Shown: positions 46,719 through 61,626 of the stretch, in pieces | Layout of the letters: every line of letters starts with the position of its first letter | Numbering within the stretch: the first letter of the stretch is position 1 | NCBI GenBank assembly: GCA_042091915.1 | Contig: JBELGO010000001.1 | Coordinates: 28,824-92,823 of the forward strand | Source: SAR92 clade bacterium | Lineage (GTDB): Bacteria > Pseudomonadota > Gammaproteobacteria > Pseudomonadales > Porticoccaceae | DNA length: 64,000 nucleotides | Direction: 5' to 3' | Notes under the pieces: generated by a model | Databases searched by the model: none | The model's input: the letters and a program-made list of their open reading frames with translations, nothing else | What the model was told of the DNA's origin: nothing | Position numbers and translations under genes: made by a program

Positions 46719-46731
46719 TAAGTAATTGATT
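46719..46731 (-). promoter_or_regulatory. Putative IHF site
   Basis: Reverse complement AATCAATTACTTA matches WATCAANNNNTTR exactly. Confidence 0.45.
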
Positions 46732-46745
46732 TAAAAGGTAAAAAA

Positions 46746-47846
46746 ATGAAATTCAGACTAGAAAGAGAAGCCCTTCTGAAGCCTTTGCAGATGGTGGTTG
46801 GGGTGGTGGAGCGTCGCCAGACACTGCCCATACTCTCCAATGTGCTGCTCGCTCTGCGCGATGGACGCCTGTCAATTACTGCAACCGATCTTGAAGTTGA
46901 AATAGTCGGTTATGCCGCTGTCGATGGAGAGTTGGAAGAGGGTGAGGTCACCGTCCCCGCTCGAAAATTCATGGACATTTGCCGCTCTCTGCCCGATCAG
47001 GCGGAGATTACTTTCAGTAGTGCTGATGGCCGTGCCCAGGTCAAAAGCGGCCGCAGTCGCTTTACCCTCTCCACGCTGCCCGCCAATGAGTTTCCTTCTG
47101 TTGATGGTGGTGAGAGCTCAGCAACCGTCTCTATCCAGTCTGTCGACCTCAAGCGATTGATTGATGCCACGGCCTTTGCGATGGCCCAGCAAGATGTGCG
47201 TTATTATTTGAACGGTATGCTTTGGGAGATTAGCGAAGCCAATTTGCGTGTGGTGGCTACCGATGGCCACCGCATGGCCCTGGCCGACCACCCTTGTGCC
47301 AGCAGTGTTTCAGAGACAACCAAATCGATCTTGCCGCGCAAAGGGGTGGTGGAGTTGGCGAGACTTTTGTCTGACGACGAGTTAATCCAAGTACAGCTGG
47401 GTAACAACCACCTGCGCATTGCCACTGCAGGCTTTCAGTTTATCTCCAAGCTGGTCGACGGCGCTTACCCTGACTATGAGCGCGTGTTGCCCAAAGGTGG
47501 GGATAAAGTTATTGAAGGTAATCGAGCCGAGCTCAAGCAGGCGTTTAGTCGCACAGCTATTCTCTCCAATGAAAAGTATCGCGGCATCAAACTCAATCTT
47601 GCCCACGACCAGCTTTTGCTGACCGCCAATAACCCCGAGCAGGAGCAGGCCGAGGAAGAGGTCGCGGTGAGCTACGCAGGAACCGAATTGGAGTTGGGTT
47701 TCAATGTCAGCTATTTGATAGATGTCGTCAATGCGCTCAAAGGTGAGAGTATTCGCCTTACCCTGGCCGATGCCAACAGCAGCGCTTTGATTGAAGACCC
47801 CGACAGCAGTGGTGCCGTCTATGTAGTTATGCCTATGAGGCTCTGA
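46746..47846 (+). CDS. dnaN: DNA polymerase III beta clamp
   Basis: QDVRYYLNG, ATDGHR, VVMPMRL. Confidence 0.99.
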   Translation: MKFRLEREALLKPLQMVVGVVERRQTLPILSNVLLALRDGRLSITATDLEVEIVGYAAVDGELEEGEVTVPARKFMDICRSLPDQAEITFSSADGRAQVKSGRSRFTLSTLPANEFPSVDGGESSATVSIQSVDLKRLIDATAFAMAQQDVRYYLNGMLWEISEANLRVVATDGHRMALADHPCASSVSETTKSILPRKGVVELARLLSDDELIQVQLGNNHLRIATAGFQFISKLVDGAYPDYERVLPKGGDKVIEGNRAELKQAFSRTAILSNEKYRGIKLNLAHDQLLLTANNPEQEQAEEEVAVSYAGTELELGFNVSYLIDVVNALKGESIRLTLADANSSALIEDPDSSGAVYVVMPMRL

Positions 47847-47877
47847 AAGAGCGAAGCGAAACGCCTCGAGTAGCGCC

Positions 47878-51443
<3,566 letters not shown>

Positions 51444-51456
51444 TAAGCCATTGATT
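51444..51456 (-). promoter_or_regulatory. Putative IHF site
   Basis: Reverse complement AATCAATGGCTTA matches WATCAANNNNTTR exactly. Confidence 0.45.
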
Positions 51457-51464
51457 ATAAAGGG

Positions 51465-52178
51465 CTAATTGATTTTTTTGGCTTGCTGGTGCGCCCACTC
51501 TTGGGCGCGCAGCGTCAATGCTCTAGGGTCTTCACCGGCAGTTTCGATAGGCTCGCCGATGACTACGGTAATCACCCCGGGCTGTTTGCGCCAACTCTCA
51601 ACTGGCCAGCAGATACCGGCGTTGTGATAGACCGGTAAAATTGCACTGCCAGCCGCTTTGGCGAGGGCTGCACCGCTGGTTTTGTAGGGTTGTAAGGTCT
51701 GGCTGGTGCGTCGAGTCCCCTCGGGGTAGATAATCACGCTACTGCCCGCCTTGAGCCGGGCGCGTCCGGCGCGCAAAACGTGCCGAATTGCGCCGCCTGG
51801 GTTGCCGCGGCTGATGGCGATGGGTTTGGTGGTGGCCAGCGCCCAGCCAAATAGAGGGATGCGCAGCAACTCGCGCTTCAATATGAAGGCCATTGGTTGG
51901 AACAGCTGCCAGAAAAAGAAGGTCTCCCAGGTACTCTGGTGGTTGCTGAGGATTACCACGGGATCAGCGGGGATGCTTGCTCGGCCGATGACTTCGACTT
52001 TTACCCCACAACAGAGCCGCAGCCAGAGCATGATTGCCCGCGAGCTCAATGCAGCGAGACGCTGTGAGATCAGCCCAGGCCACCAAAACAGCAGGCAGCT
52101 AATAGCACTGCCGATAATCACAATAGCCAGAAAGCCGATCTGAAAGAGCAGCGAGCGCAGCGAGTTTAGTAGCTGCAT
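51465..52178 (-). CDS. plsC: 1-acyl-sn-glycerol-3-phosphate acyltransferase (PlsC family)
   Basis: NHQSTWET, YPEGTR. Confidence 0.88.
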   Translation of the reverse strand: MQLLNSLRSLLFQIGFLAIVIIGSAISCLLFWWPGLISQRLAALSSRAIMLWLRLCCGVKVEVIGRASIPADPVVILSNHQSTWETFFFWQLFQPMAFILKRELLRIPLFGWALATTKPIAISRGNPGGAIRHVLRAGRARLKAGSSVIIYPEGTRRTSQTLQPYKTSGAALAKAAGSAILPVYHNAGICWPVESWRKQPGVITVVIGEPIETAGEDPRALTLRAQEWAHQQAKKIN

Positions 52179-54278
52179 TTAAGCGCCTGCAAGTTGTGAA
52201 ATATCGGCTATTGATAAGAACTGCGCGCGCAGCTCGGTGAGTAGTGCAAGCCGGTTTTGACGGGTTCGGTCGTCTTCGCAGTTAACCATGACTTGATCAA
52301 AAAACTGGTCTACCGGCTGCTGCAGTGACGCCAGTTCAACCAGTGCTTGTCGATAGTTGCCGGCAGCCAATAGTTGCTCGAGTTGGGGGCGCAGGTTGGC
52401 CAGTTGGCTGGCCAACAGCTGTTCGGCAGGCTCGCTCAACAGCTCACTTGAAACACTACCGGCGGCGCCTGAGTCGCCACTCTGTTTAGCGAGAATGTTA
52501 GCAACACGCTTGTTTGCGGCCGCCAGTGCCTGAGCTTCTGGAAGGGTTTCAAAATGCGCCACAGCGCGCACTCGATGATCGATATCCAAGGGGTTACGCG
52601 CACCACTTTTCAGTACGGCGTTGAGGCAGGCAATATTTATTTCTTCATCTCGATAGTAACCTTCTAAGCGCTCCAAGATGTAAGTTAGCGCTAACCTCTC
52701 AAAGTTATCTGCGGGTTTTTCAAGAGGTTGTGCGGCAGCCGCTAGTGCGACTAACTCGGCCAAATCGATATCCATTTGGCCCTCTATCAAAGTGCGCAAG
52801 ACTCCGAGGCTGGCGCGGCGCAATGCGAACGGATCTTTGGAGCCGGTCGGCGGTTGGCCGATAGCAAAAATCCCGGTGATGGTATCGAGGCGATCGGCAA
52901 TCGCCACCGCTCTGCCAGCCGCCGTTGAGGCGATGGAATCGCCGGCGAAGCGCGGTAAGTATTGCTCGTAAATCGCTTCGGCGACAGCGTCGGATTCACC
53001 GTTGGCGCGGGCGTAGTAGCGCCCCATGACACCCTGTAAGTCGGCAAACTCACCGACCATGTCGCTGATTAGATCAGCCTTGCACAGCGCCCCGGCGCGG
53101 GCGGCACTCTCAGCGGCTGCATCTTCAACGGCGGCAGTTCGGCTTATGGCCGCTGCCAGTGTGGCGACTCGTTCACTCTTATCAAAAAGGGAGCCCAGCT
53201 GCGCTTGGAAAATGACGCTGCGCAGATCTTCGCGGCGTTGGTTGAGGGGTATTTTCAAATCATTGCTGTAAAAGAATGCAGCATCGGCAAGACGCGGGCG
53301 GATGACCCGCTCGTTGCCCGCTACCACTTTTGCTGGGTCGCGACTCTCAATGTTGGCAACCGTTATGAAGTAGGGTAGCAGTTCACCTTCGCCGTTGGTG
53401 ATGTGGAAATACTTTTGATGGCTGGCCATCGAAGAGATGAGTGCTTCGGCGGGCACCTGGAGGAATTCGTCATCAAAACGGCCGCGCAGAGGTACTGGCC
53501 ACTCATTGAGCGAGGCGACTTCGTCGAGCAGATCCGGATCGACCACTGCGATACCGTCGACCTCTCTGGCCAGCGCGTCTATGCGCTCGCTGATGAGTTG
53601 GCGGCGCTCAGCGCCATCGACCATGACAAAGTGCTCGCGCAGCTGTTCGCGATAGCGTGCAGGGCTTTCAACAGTGAAGGCTTCGGGAGCATGGAAGCGG
53701 TGGCCGCGACTCTCTCTGCCACTGGGGACATCGAGAAGCTGCATGTCAACGACATTGTCTCCCAACAGCGCCACTAGCCATTTGATCGGGCGGACGAATT
53801 CGGCGCGGCTATCGCCCCAGCGCATGCGCTTGGGTATGGGCAGGGCTTGCAGTGCTTGCGCAGCAATCTCTTGCAGCACTTCGGCACTCTTGGCACCGGC
53901 AATCGTTTGCGTTACCGAGAGCTTATCTTGCTGACCATCGGAAGCACTGAACTCGGCCAGTCGCTCCAGGGGTATGTGGTTTTTAGTGGCGAACGCGACG
54001 CCCGCTTTGGTGGGCGCGCCGTCGCTGTCAAAGGCCACCTTGAGCGGCGGCCCCCACTGGGTCACCTCACTGTCCGGGGCCGCTGATGACAACTCGTCAA
54101 TAATGACGGCTAGCCTGCGAGGTGCAGCAAAGTAGTGGCAGCCTGAGTGAGCTATATTGAGCTCGGTGAGTCTTTTTTGTATCTCGACAGCTAGCGCATT
54201 GCCAAGAGTCTCCAAGACGGTGGGCGGCAGCTCTTCGGTGCCAATTTCGATCAGCAGGGGTTGGCTATCATGGCTCAT
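52179..54278 (-). CDS. glyS: Glycine--tRNA ligase beta subunit
   Basis: [18 protein letters not shown]. Confidence 0.98.
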   Translation of the reverse strand: MSHDSQPLLIEIGTEELPPTVLETLGNALAVEIQKRLTELNIAHSGCHYFAAPRRLAVIIDELSSAAPDSEVTQWGPPLKVAFDSDGAPTKAGVAFATKNHIPLERLAEFSASDGQQDKLSVTQTIAGAKSAEVLQEIAAQALQALPIPKRMRWGDSRAEFVRPIKWLVALLGDNVVDMQLLDVPSGRESRGHRFHAPEAFTVESPARYREQLREHFVMVDGAERRQLISERIDALAREVDGIAVVDPDLLDEVASLNEWPVPLRGRFDDEFLQVPAEALISSMASHQKYFHITNGEGELLPYFITVANIESRDPAKVVAGNERVIRPRLADAAFFYSNDLKIPLNQRREDLRSVIFQAQLGSLFDKSERVATLAAAISRTAAVEDAAAESAARAGALCKADLISDMVGEFADLQGVMGRYYARANGESDAVAEAIYEQYLPRFAGDSIASTAAGRAVAIADRLDTITGIFAIGQPPTGSKDPFALRRASLGVLRTLIEGQMDIDLAELVALAAAAQPLEKPADNFERLALTYILERLEGYYRDEEINIACLNAVLKSGARNPLDIDHRVRAVAHFETLPEAQALAAANKRVANILAKQSGDSGAAGSVSSELLSEPAEQLLASQLANLRPQLEQLLAAGNYRQALVELASLQQPVDQFFDQVMVNCEDDRTRQNRLALLTELRAQFLSIADISQLAGA

Positions 54279-55279
54279 GCGGGCTGCTCCTGTTTTTTCG
54301 CCTGCAAGGCTTGGTAGCGCTCTAGCGCTTCAGCCCCAATTGAGGGTTCAGCCAGCGGGAAGCCGCGCTCAGCGCGCGAGGCAAAGTAACCCTCGGCAAC
54401 TGCGCGAGCCAGTTTGCGAACACGCAAAATGTAGCGCTGTCGCTCGGTCACTGAGATCGCGTGGCGTGCATCGAGCAAATTAAACGTGTGGGAGGCTTTC
54501 ATCACCATCTCATAGGCGGGCAATGGCAGTTTGTTATCAACCAGTTTCACTGCGTCGCGCTCGTACTGTTCAAAGCAGTTAAACAAAAAAGGCACATCGG
54601 CGTGCTCGAAGTTGTAAGTCGACTGCTCGACCTCGTTTTGATGAAAGACATCACCGTAGGTGACCGGACCATGCGGGCCCTGTGCCCAGATGAGGTCATA
54701 GACACTGTCGACTCCCTGCACATACATGGCCAGACGCTCCAACCCGTAGGTAATTTCGCCGGTGACTGGATAGCACTCGAGGCCGCCAGCTTGTTGGAAG
54801 TAAGTAAATTGCGATACCTCCATACCGTTCAGCCACACCTCCCAGCCGAGTCCCCAGGCGCCGAGAGTAGGAGACTCCCAGTTGTCCTCGACAAAGCGCA
54901 CATCGTGGGTGAGCGTATCTATACCGAGCGCATTGAGCGATTGCAGGTAGAGCTCCTGAAAATCGTCAGGGGAGGGCTTCATGACGACTTGAAACTGATA
55001 GTAGTGTTGCAGGCGATTGGGGTTTTCACCGTAGCGACCATCGGTGGGTCGGCGCGAGGGTTGCACGTAGGCACTGTTCCAGCGCTCAGGTCCAATGGCG
55101 CGCAAAAAAGTCGCGGGGTGGAATGTTCCGGCACCCACTTCCATGTCTAGAGGTTGCAAGACCACACAGCCTTGTTGCGCCCAAAATTGTTGCAGGCGCA
55201 AGATAAGTTCTTGAAAGGTGGCCGGTGCTGCTGCAGTGGCGCTAGGTGCAGAGTTTGAAGGGGAAGCAGGTGTCGTCAC
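54275..55279 (-). CDS. glyQ: Glycine--tRNA ligase alpha subunit
   Basis: [30 protein letters not shown]. Confidence 0.98.
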   Translation of the reverse strand: MTTPASPSNSAPSATAAAPATFQELILRLQQFWAQQGCVVLQPLDMEVGAGTFHPATFLRAIGPERWNSAYVQPSRRPTDGRYGENPNRLQHYYQFQVVMKPSPDDFQELYLQSLNALGIDTLTHDVRFVEDNWESPTLGAWGLGWEVWLNGMEVSQFTYFQQAGGLECYPVTGEITYGLERLAMYVQGVDSVYDLIWAQGPHGPVTYGDVFHQNEVEQSTYNFEHADVPFLFNCFEQYERDAVKLVDNKLPLPAYEMVMKASHTFNLLDARHAISVTERQRYILRVRKLARAVAEGYFASRAERGFPLAEPSIGAEALERYQALQAKKQEQPA

Positions 55280-55450
55280 AGGGATCGCTCTCTAAAAAAA
55301 TACGCTGACAATTATACGGGGGTAGTACGATAAAGAAAGGTGCGGCAGTAGTTTTGTCAGTGCGCCAAAGCGGTGGTTTAACCGCTATAATGGCTGGCAA
55401 CCGGAAACCCGATCGACCCTTTACACCGCCTTTCTGAGCAGGAGCTGTGT

Positions 55451-56338
55451 GTGACACGAGAACACTTAATTATCTTCCCGCTGCGCCTGCTAGGCTGGTT
55501 GCCACTGAGTCTGTTGCGCAGTCTGGGCTCACTATTGGGCTGGCTGCTCTACCGCAGTAACAGCGCGACAGTGCGAGTTATGCGCTGCAATATTGCACTC
55601 TGTTTTCCCGAGTTGACCGCCGAACAACAAGAGCAGCGAGTAAAGGCGCGGGCGCGCGATTTGACGACTCTGTTCTTTGAAACTCTCGCGGTCTGGAACC
55701 GCTCGCCGGCCTGGTTGGCGCGACATATTGTCGATTTATCGGGTGTCGACCAGCTTGAAGCCGCTATAGCAGAGAGAAAGGGGGTGGTGCTAATTGCGCC
55801 GCACCACGGCAACTGGGAAGTGATAGGTATGTGGGCAGCTCAGCGCGCAGCGATGACTTCGCTCTACGACCCGCCCAGCTCTAAAGCGTTTCATGATTGG
55901 ATCAAGTCTGCCCGCGAGAGGATTGGTGCCAAGGTGTTGCCGACCGATGTGCGCGGTGTTGCCGGAGTGATCAAAGCGTTAAAGCGCGGAGAGATCACCG
56001 GAATATTGCCAGATCAACAACCGCCAGCCACCAGCGGTGAATTTGCGCCATTTTTTGGACATCCCGCGCGCACCATGACGCTGGTCGGTAATCTGCTCAA
56101 GCGCACAGAGGCCAATGCGTTTATGGTCTCAGCGGTGCGTGTCAAAGGGGGCTGGGCGCTGCATGCACTGCCACCAAACGAGCAGCTCTGGTCTGCTGAT
56201 CAAGACGCTTCTTTGGCGGCTTTAAACCAAGGCGTCGAGGCGATAATCGATTTGGCGCCCGAGCAGTATCAGTGGGAGTACAAGCGTTTTCGAGCCCAAC
56301 CGGCTGGCTCGCCAAGCCTCTACCCATCGCGCTGGTGA
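55451..56338 (+). CDS. Lipid A late acyltransferase (LpxL/HtrB family)
   Basis: HHGNWE, LPDQ, PEQYQWEYKRF. Confidence 0.88.
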   Translation: MTREHLIIFPLRLLGWLPLSLLRSLGSLLGWLLYRSNSATVRVMRCNIALCFPELTAEQQEQRVKARARDLTTLFFETLAVWNRSPAWLARHIVDLSGVDQLEAAIAERKGVVLIAPHHGNWEVIGMWAAQRAAMTSLYDPPSSKAFHDWIKSARERIGAKVLPTDVRGVAGVIKALKRGEITGILPDQQPPATSGEFAPFFGHPARTMTLVGNLLKRTEANAFMVSAVRVKGGWALHALPPNEQLWSADQDASLAALNQGVEAIIDLAPEQYQWEYKRFRAQPAGSPSLYPSRW

Positions 56339-56387
56339 GCGGTGCGCTGCAAATTCAATAACGGCTGAACAGTGACAGGAGAGTGCG

Positions 56388-57305
56388 ATGAAATTTGACA
56401 ATATCTTGCAAACTATTGGCGATACACCGGTTGTGCGCCTAAACCGTCTGTTTGATGATCGCATAGAGGCTTGGATGAAAGTCGAGCGGTTTAATCCCGG
56501 TTCAAGCATTAAGGATCGTATTGCGCTGGCCATGATCGAGACCGCCGAGCGCGATGGTCTGTTGCGCGAAGATACCACCATTATTGAGCCAACGTCCGGC
56601 AATACCGGTATCGGTTTGGCGATGGTCTGTGCGGTGAAAGGTTACCGTTTAATTTTGACTATGCCCGAATCGATGTCGATAGAGCGACGCAAAATATTGA
56701 AAGCCTACGGTGCTGAGCTGGTTTTGACCGCCAAAGAGCTGGGGATGGGTGGCGCTATTGCCGAGGCCGATAAGTTGTCCGCAGCCACTGCCAATAGCTG
56801 GGTGCCTTCACAGTTCGCTAATCCAGCCAACTCTGAAGTGCATCGTTTGACCACGGCGCGCGAGATTCTTGCCGACTTTCCCGAGGGTCTCGACTACATC
56901 ATTACCGGTGTCGGCACTGGCGGCCATATCACTGGAGTAGCCGAGGCACTCAAACCGCACTGGCCCGATCTCAAGGTCATAGCGGTAGAACCTGCGGCTT
57001 CCCCGGTATTGAGTGGCGGCGCCAAGGGGCTGCATCGCCTGCAGGGCATTGGCGCTGGATTTGTACCAGAGGTCTACAACGCCGAGTGTGTCGACGGCGT
57101 TATCGGTGTGGATGAGGGCGACGCCTTTGCTATGACGGTGCGCGCAGCCAAAGAAGAGGGGCTGTTGGTGGGTATTTCTTCAGGGGCTTCACTGGCGGCT
57201 GTTGCCGATTGTGCACCGCAGTTGCCGGCCGGCAGCAAAGTCTTAGTGTTTAGTTACGATACAGGTGAACGTTATCTCTCCATTGACGACCTGTTTCAGG
57301 GCTGA
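56388..57305 (+). CDS. cysK: Cysteine synthase A
   Basis: [30 protein letters not shown]. Confidence 0.95.
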   Translation: MKFDNILQTIGDTPVVRLNRLFDDRIEAWMKVERFNPGSSIKDRIALAMIETAERDGLLREDTTIIEPTSGNTGIGLAMVCAVKGYRLILTMPESMSIERRKILKAYGAELVLTAKELGMGGAIAEADKLSAATANSWVPSQFANPANSEVHRLTTAREILADFPEGLDYIITGVGTGGHITGVAEALKPHWPDLKVIAVEPAASPVLSGGAKGLHRLQGIGAGFVPEVYNAECVDGVIGVDEGDAFAMTVRAAKEEGLLVGISSGASLAAVADCAPQLPAGSKVLVFSYDTGERYLSIDDLFQG

Positions 57306-57329
57306 ACAGCGCGACAAGGCAACTGACCA

Positions 57330-57920
57330 TTGAACGATTTGAGTAGACCGCAAAACTGGGGCCTGCAAGTTCCCTTGTGCCGGCAGAGCTACAGCGCACT
57401 GGATTGGGTTGGCGGTGCCAGCCTGTTCGCTGTGCCACCGCTGTGGCGCAGTTGGTTGTCAGCCAATCAGTCGCTTACCGCACAGTTAAAAAAACTCTCC
57501 GCAGGAGATTTTAGGGTCGAGCTGTTGCGCCAAGAGATAGCCCAACCGCACGCAGATGAGCGCTCTCAGCTCAACTTAGCCCCACGCCAATTGGCCATGA
57601 TTCGCGAGGTTTTACTGTACGGCTGTGGTCGGCCGTGGGTATTGGCTCGCACCGTAGTGCCGCTCGCTACGCTCTCCGGCCCGCTAGCTCATTTGCGCCG
57701 TTTGGGAACACGCCCGCTCGGTGAGGCACTGTTTGCGCAGCGCTCTCTGCAGCGCTCGGGCTTTGAGTTCGCCGACTGCCGAAATCTGCACTTTGAGGTT
57801 CCAGCACACTACGGCCGGCGCTCCAGATTTACCGTTGCACAGCGGCCGCTACTGGTCGCCGAAATATTCTTAGAGCCGTTCTCAAAAAAAATAAAAGACA
57901 AAGAAGAAAGCATTACATGA
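57330..57920 (+). CDS. ubiC: Chorismate pyruvate-lyase
   Basis: SLTAQL, REVLL, LGTRPLGEALF, RRSRF, LLVAEIFL; precedes ubiA. Confidence 0.9.
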   Translation: MNDLSRPQNWGLQVPLCRQSYSALDWVGGASLFAVPPLWRSWLSANQSLTAQLKKLSAGDFRVELLRQEIAQPHADERSQLNLAPRQLAMIREVLLYGCGRPWVLARTVVPLATLSGPLAHLRRLGTRPLGEALFAQRSLQRSGFEFADCRNLHFEVPAHYGRRSRFTVAQRPLLVAEIFLEPFSKKIKDKEESIT

Positions 57921-58810
57921 AAGTAAGCACTTACTTAAAAACTAACCCTTGGATCCGTCTGATGCGCTTAGATCGGCCAATAGGCACTTATCTATTGTTG
58001 TGGCCGGCGGGTTGGGCCGTGCTTTTAACCACTGCCGGTCAGCCGGATATGGCACTTGTCGGTGTGGTGGCCGCGGGTGTTTTGGTGATGCGCGCCGCCG
58101 GCTGTGTCGTCAACGATTTCGCAGACCGCCACTGGGACGGCGAGGTCGAGCGGACGGCGCTGAGGCCACTGGCAAGTGGTGAGATCGCCCCGCGCGCAGC
58201 GCTATTGCTGTTTTTCTCGCTGCTCTTGGTGGCACTGCTATTGGTTTTGAGTGCCGGCTCTAGCGAGACTTTGTGGTGGGCGGCTGCCGGTGCGGCACTG
58301 ACTGCACTCTACCCGTTTTGCAAACGTTTCACCCATCTGCCGCAGCTGATACTGGGGCTCTGTTGGGCCTGGTGCGTGCCGATTATCTTTTCACTGCAAG
58401 GTGACATGGCGTCGCGCAGCCTCTTCGATGTGGTGCCACTGTTTGTAGCCGTACTGCTCTGGACTATCGCGTTTGATACTTTTTACGCTATGGTCGATCG
58501 CGATGACGATCTGCGTGTAGGGATAAAATCGACAGCTGTCTGGGCAGGTCACAGAGATCTCTGGCTGATCGGCTTGTGTCAATTGGGCGCTCTGGTGGCC
58601 CTGGCTGCGGCTGGCTATCACTATCAGCGCGGTGGATTTTTTGCCCTCGGCGCAGCGGTCGCCGCTGGGCTATTTATGCGCCAGCTGTGGTGGGCGCGCG
58701 GGCGCGACAGAGAAGCTTGTTTTAAAGCGTTCCTGAATAACCACTGGGTTGGCTTGTGGTTGTTCGTGATGCTGTTGGCCGATTACCGCTGGGAGATGGT
58801 TGGCAGTTAA
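57917..58810 (+). CDS. ubiA: 4-hydroxybenzoate polyprenyltransferase
   Basis: RLDRPIG, NDFADR, DRDDD. Confidence 0.96.
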   Translation: MKVSTYLKTNPWIRLMRLDRPIGTYLLLWPAGWAVLLTTAGQPDMALVGVVAAGVLVMRAAGCVVNDFADRHWDGEVERTALRPLASGEIAPRAALLLFFSLLLVALLLVLSAGSSETLWWAAAGAALTALYPFCKRFTHLPQLILGLCWAWCVPIIFSLQGDMASRSLFDVVPLFVAVLLWTIAFDTFYAMVDRDDDLRVGIKSTAVWAGHRDLWLIGLCQLGALVALAAAGYHYQRGGFFALGAAVAAGLFMRQLWWARGRDREACFKAFLNNHWVGLWLFVMLLADYRWEMVGS

Positions 58811-59589
58811 CCGGGATCGCGACAAAACGCCGGCTTGCCAGGCTTGCTCATGGCGTCGCTGTAGCGGTAGCCGTCGAGGTCAAAATCCAGCAGCTGTTGG
58901 CTCTCTGTGAGACGATTTTTGATGATATAGGCGGCCATCGAGCCGCGCGCACGCTTGGCGTAAAAGCTAATTATTTTATATTCGCCGTTTTTGCGGTCGT
59001 AGAACTGCGGTGTGATCAGCGCGCCATCGAGTTGTGCAGGTTTGACTGCGCTGAAGTATTCGTTGGAGGCCAAATTTACCACAACCCCGTGTTGGCTCTC
59101 TGCGCAGGTCTGGTTGAGTTGTGCAGTGATCGCATCGCCCCAAAACTGGTAGAGATTGTTGCCGCGTTGATTGACAAATTTAGTGCCCATCTCCAATCGG
59201 TAGGGCTGCATCAGATCGAGCGGTCGCAGTACTCCATAGAGCCCTGAGAGAATGCGCAGGTGTTGCTGAGCCCATTGGAGTTCTTCGGTCGACAACTGGT
59301 TGGCATCGAGTCCCTGATAGACGTCACCCTGGAATGCGAACAGCGCCGGTTGGGCATTATCGTGGGTAAAAGGTTCTGACCAAGTTTGAAAGCGCTCGAA
59401 ATTGAGTGTCGCCAGCTTGTCGCTCAATTTCATTAATCCGCCGACCTCAGCCGGTGTTAGCTGTTGCAATTGATCGATGAGCTCGCGCGACGCATCGAGC
59501 ATTTGCGGCTGTGTTGCCGCCGGAAAGTTCTCCGGCCATGGGCTGGGATGGCTGTCGAGTTTTTTTGCAGGAGAGATTACTATCAACAT
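58807..59589 (-). CDS. yaaA: Peroxide stress protein YaaA (UPF0246)
   Basis: ISPAKKL, LSGLYGVLRP, YRLEMG, AKRARG. Confidence 0.93.
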   Translation of the reverse strand: MLIVISPAKKLDSHPSPWPENFPAATQPQMLDASRELIDQLQQLTPAEVGGLMKLSDKLATLNFERFQTWSEPFTHDNAQPALFAFQGDVYQGLDANQLSTEELQWAQQHLRILSGLYGVLRPLDLMQPYRLEMGTKFVNQRGNNLYQFWGDAITAQLNQTCAESQHGVVVNLASNEYFSAVKPAQLDGALITPQFYDRKNGEYKIISFYAKRARGSMAAYIIKNRLTESQQLLDFDLDGYRYSDAMSKPGKPAFCRDPG

Positions 59590-59701
59590 AGCGGAGTCCT
59601 TAGCGGATGTTTCGGCGCAACAGTGAGGCTTCTATTATAGTCGCGCAGGTCGCCAGTTAAAGGGGGACGTGAGTGCATATTAAATCGTCAAGGAGAGAGC
59701 A

Positions 59702-60994
59702 ATGCAGCGAATAGAAGAGGTCAGCCGAGCGTTACAGCGCGGCTTAGTCGCGATCGTTGTCGGCGCAGCCTTGACAGCCTGCGCAGTAAACCCAGTCACC
59801 GGAGAGCGCGAGTTGGCACTGGTCAGCGAAGCACAAGAAATTGAGCTGGGTCGAGCTAACTACGCCAACTACCGTCAGCAACAAGGCGGTGATTATACGC
59901 TCCAACCTGAGTTGAGCGACTATGTGGCGGATGTAGGGGCGCGGTTGGCCGCCTTCAGTGACAGGCCTGATCTGCCCTATGAGTTTGTGGTTCTCAATAA
60001 CCCCACCGCCAATGCTTGGGCGCTACCCGGTGGCAAAATCGCTATTAATAGCGGCTTGTTGCGCCACCTTCGCGACGAGGCGCAGTTGGCCGCGGTCATC
60101 GGCCATGAAATTATCCATGCGGCGGCGCGCCACGGCGCTGCACAGATGAGCCGTTCAATGTTGCTCAATGTGGGGCTGGCAGCCATCGCGGCGGGAACTG
60201 AGGGGCAAGCTGCTGAGTGGTTGGGTACCGCCTCGCAGTATGGCGCAGCGGTTTGGATGGCTCGCTATGGCCGTGCGGACGAGCTCGAGTCTGACTATCA
60301 CGGCATTAAATTAATGGTTGCCGCCGGCTACGACCCACTCGCTGCAGTAGAGTTGCAAGAGACCTTTGTTGAGCTCAGCGAAGCGCGCAGCAACGACTTC
60401 ATCTCAGCGCTGTTTGCCAGCCATCCACCCTCGCAGGCGCGCGTCGATGCCAATCGCCAGCAGGTAGCAGAGCTTGGTGTGGCCGGTGAGCGCTACCGGC
60501 AGAGATACGAGCGTATGACCGCAGCGTTAACTGCCGCAGAACCCGCCTATTTGGCGGCTGAAGAGGCGGGTAAATTGCTCCGTCAAAAAGAGTATGACCA
60601 AGCGCTGGTGAAGAGCTCAGTAGCGGTAGAGCTACTGCCACAGCAGGGGCAGTTTTGGTTGTTGCGCGCAGCCATTTGGCGAGGCTTAGAGCGGCCTGAT
60701 AAGGCTGAAAAAGCCCTCACTACCGCTATCCGCAAAACCCCCAAATACTTCCTGCCCTATTTGCAGCGAGCGCAGTTGCGTTGGCAGCGCGACGCAATCA
60801 GTGAAGCTGCCGCAGATTACCGCGACAGCTTCTCCCGCTTGCAGACAGCTCAAGCCGCTTACTATTTGGGGGTGATCGCACAGCGACGCGGTGATCAAGC
60901 CACTGCAGAGAGTTATTTCAGCCAGGCGGTAAAACTGGGGGGCGAGTACGGCCAGCGCGCTGCAGAGCAGAGAGCACAGTTGCGCCAACCCTGA
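59702..60994 (+). CDS. M48-family zinc metalloprotease lipoprotein with TPR tail
   Basis: Lipobox LTAC, NAWALPGG, HEIIH, SHP; TPR-like C-terminus. Confidence 0.88.
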   Translation: MQRIEEVSRALQRGLVAIVVGAALTACAVNPVTGERELALVSEAQEIELGRANYANYRQQQGGDYTLQPELSDYVADVGARLAAFSDRPDLPYEFVVLNNPTANAWALPGGKIAINSGLLRHLRDEAQLAAVIGHEIIHAAARHGAAQMSRSMLLNVGLAAIAAGTEGQAAEWLGTASQYGAAVWMARYGRADELESDYHGIKLMVAAGYDPLAAVELQETFVELSEARSNDFISALFASHPPSQARVDANRQQVAELGVAGERYRQRYERMTAALTAAEPAYLAAEEAGKLLRQKEYDQALVKSSVAVELLPQQGQFWLLRAAIWRGLERPDKAEKALTTAIRKTPKYFLPYLQRAQLRWQRDAISEAAADYRDSFSRLQTAQAAYYLGVIAQRRGDQATAESYFSQAVKLGGEYGQRAAEQRAQLRQP

Positions 60995-61074
60995 TTGGCG
61001 TACAATACTCACCGATTAGATAAGACCATGTAAGGATCACGATATTGAAAAGTGGCAATTTGGCCGGCACGGCG

Positions 61075-61626
61075 ATGCCGGTGCGCTGGCTGTTAGTTGT
61101 TTCACAGCAGTTGCGCGGGTTGATCGACCGATTGGGTGCGCTATTGGGTTGGCTAGTTTTGGCTATGGCTGTAACGACTGCCACAGTTGTCGTGTTGCGC
61201 TATTTCTTTGAAATAGGCTCGATCGCTCTGCAAGAGAGCGTCACTTATCTGCACGCCACCGTGTTTATGTTGGGTGCGGCCTATGCGGCTCAGCGCGATC
61301 AACATGTGCGCGTGGATATTTTCTATCGCAGTTTTAGCCGTCGCAGACAGCTTTGGGTCAACCTGATCGGCACACTACTGTTTTTGCTGCCGGTGATGGG
61401 TTTGTTGTTTTGGTTTGCCTGGGACTATGTCTTGGCGAGTTGGGCGATGGCTGAGCGCTCTAGCGATAGCGGTGGGCTAGCTTACCGGTATATGTTGAAA
61501 AGCTTGTTGCTGGCATTGCCGCTGCTGATGACTCTGCATGCCTTGGTGACGTTGATTGAAACAGCGTTACAACTGCTCGGGGCGACCGAGCCGAAACAGT
61601 CGACGCGCAGTGAGGTAACACTGTGA
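61075..61626 (+). CDS. TRAP transporter small permease (DctQ)
   Basis: VVLRYFF, HVRVDIFY, four TM segments. Confidence 0.92.
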   Translation: MPVRWLLVVSQQLRGLIDRLGALLGWLVLAMAVTTATVVVLRYFFEIGSIALQESVTYLHATVFMLGAAYAAQRDQHVRVDIFYRSFSRRRQLWVNLIGTLLFLLPVMGLLFWFAWDYVLASWAMAERSSDSGGLAYRYMLKSLLLALPLLMTLHALVTLIETALQLLGATEPKQSTRSEVTL

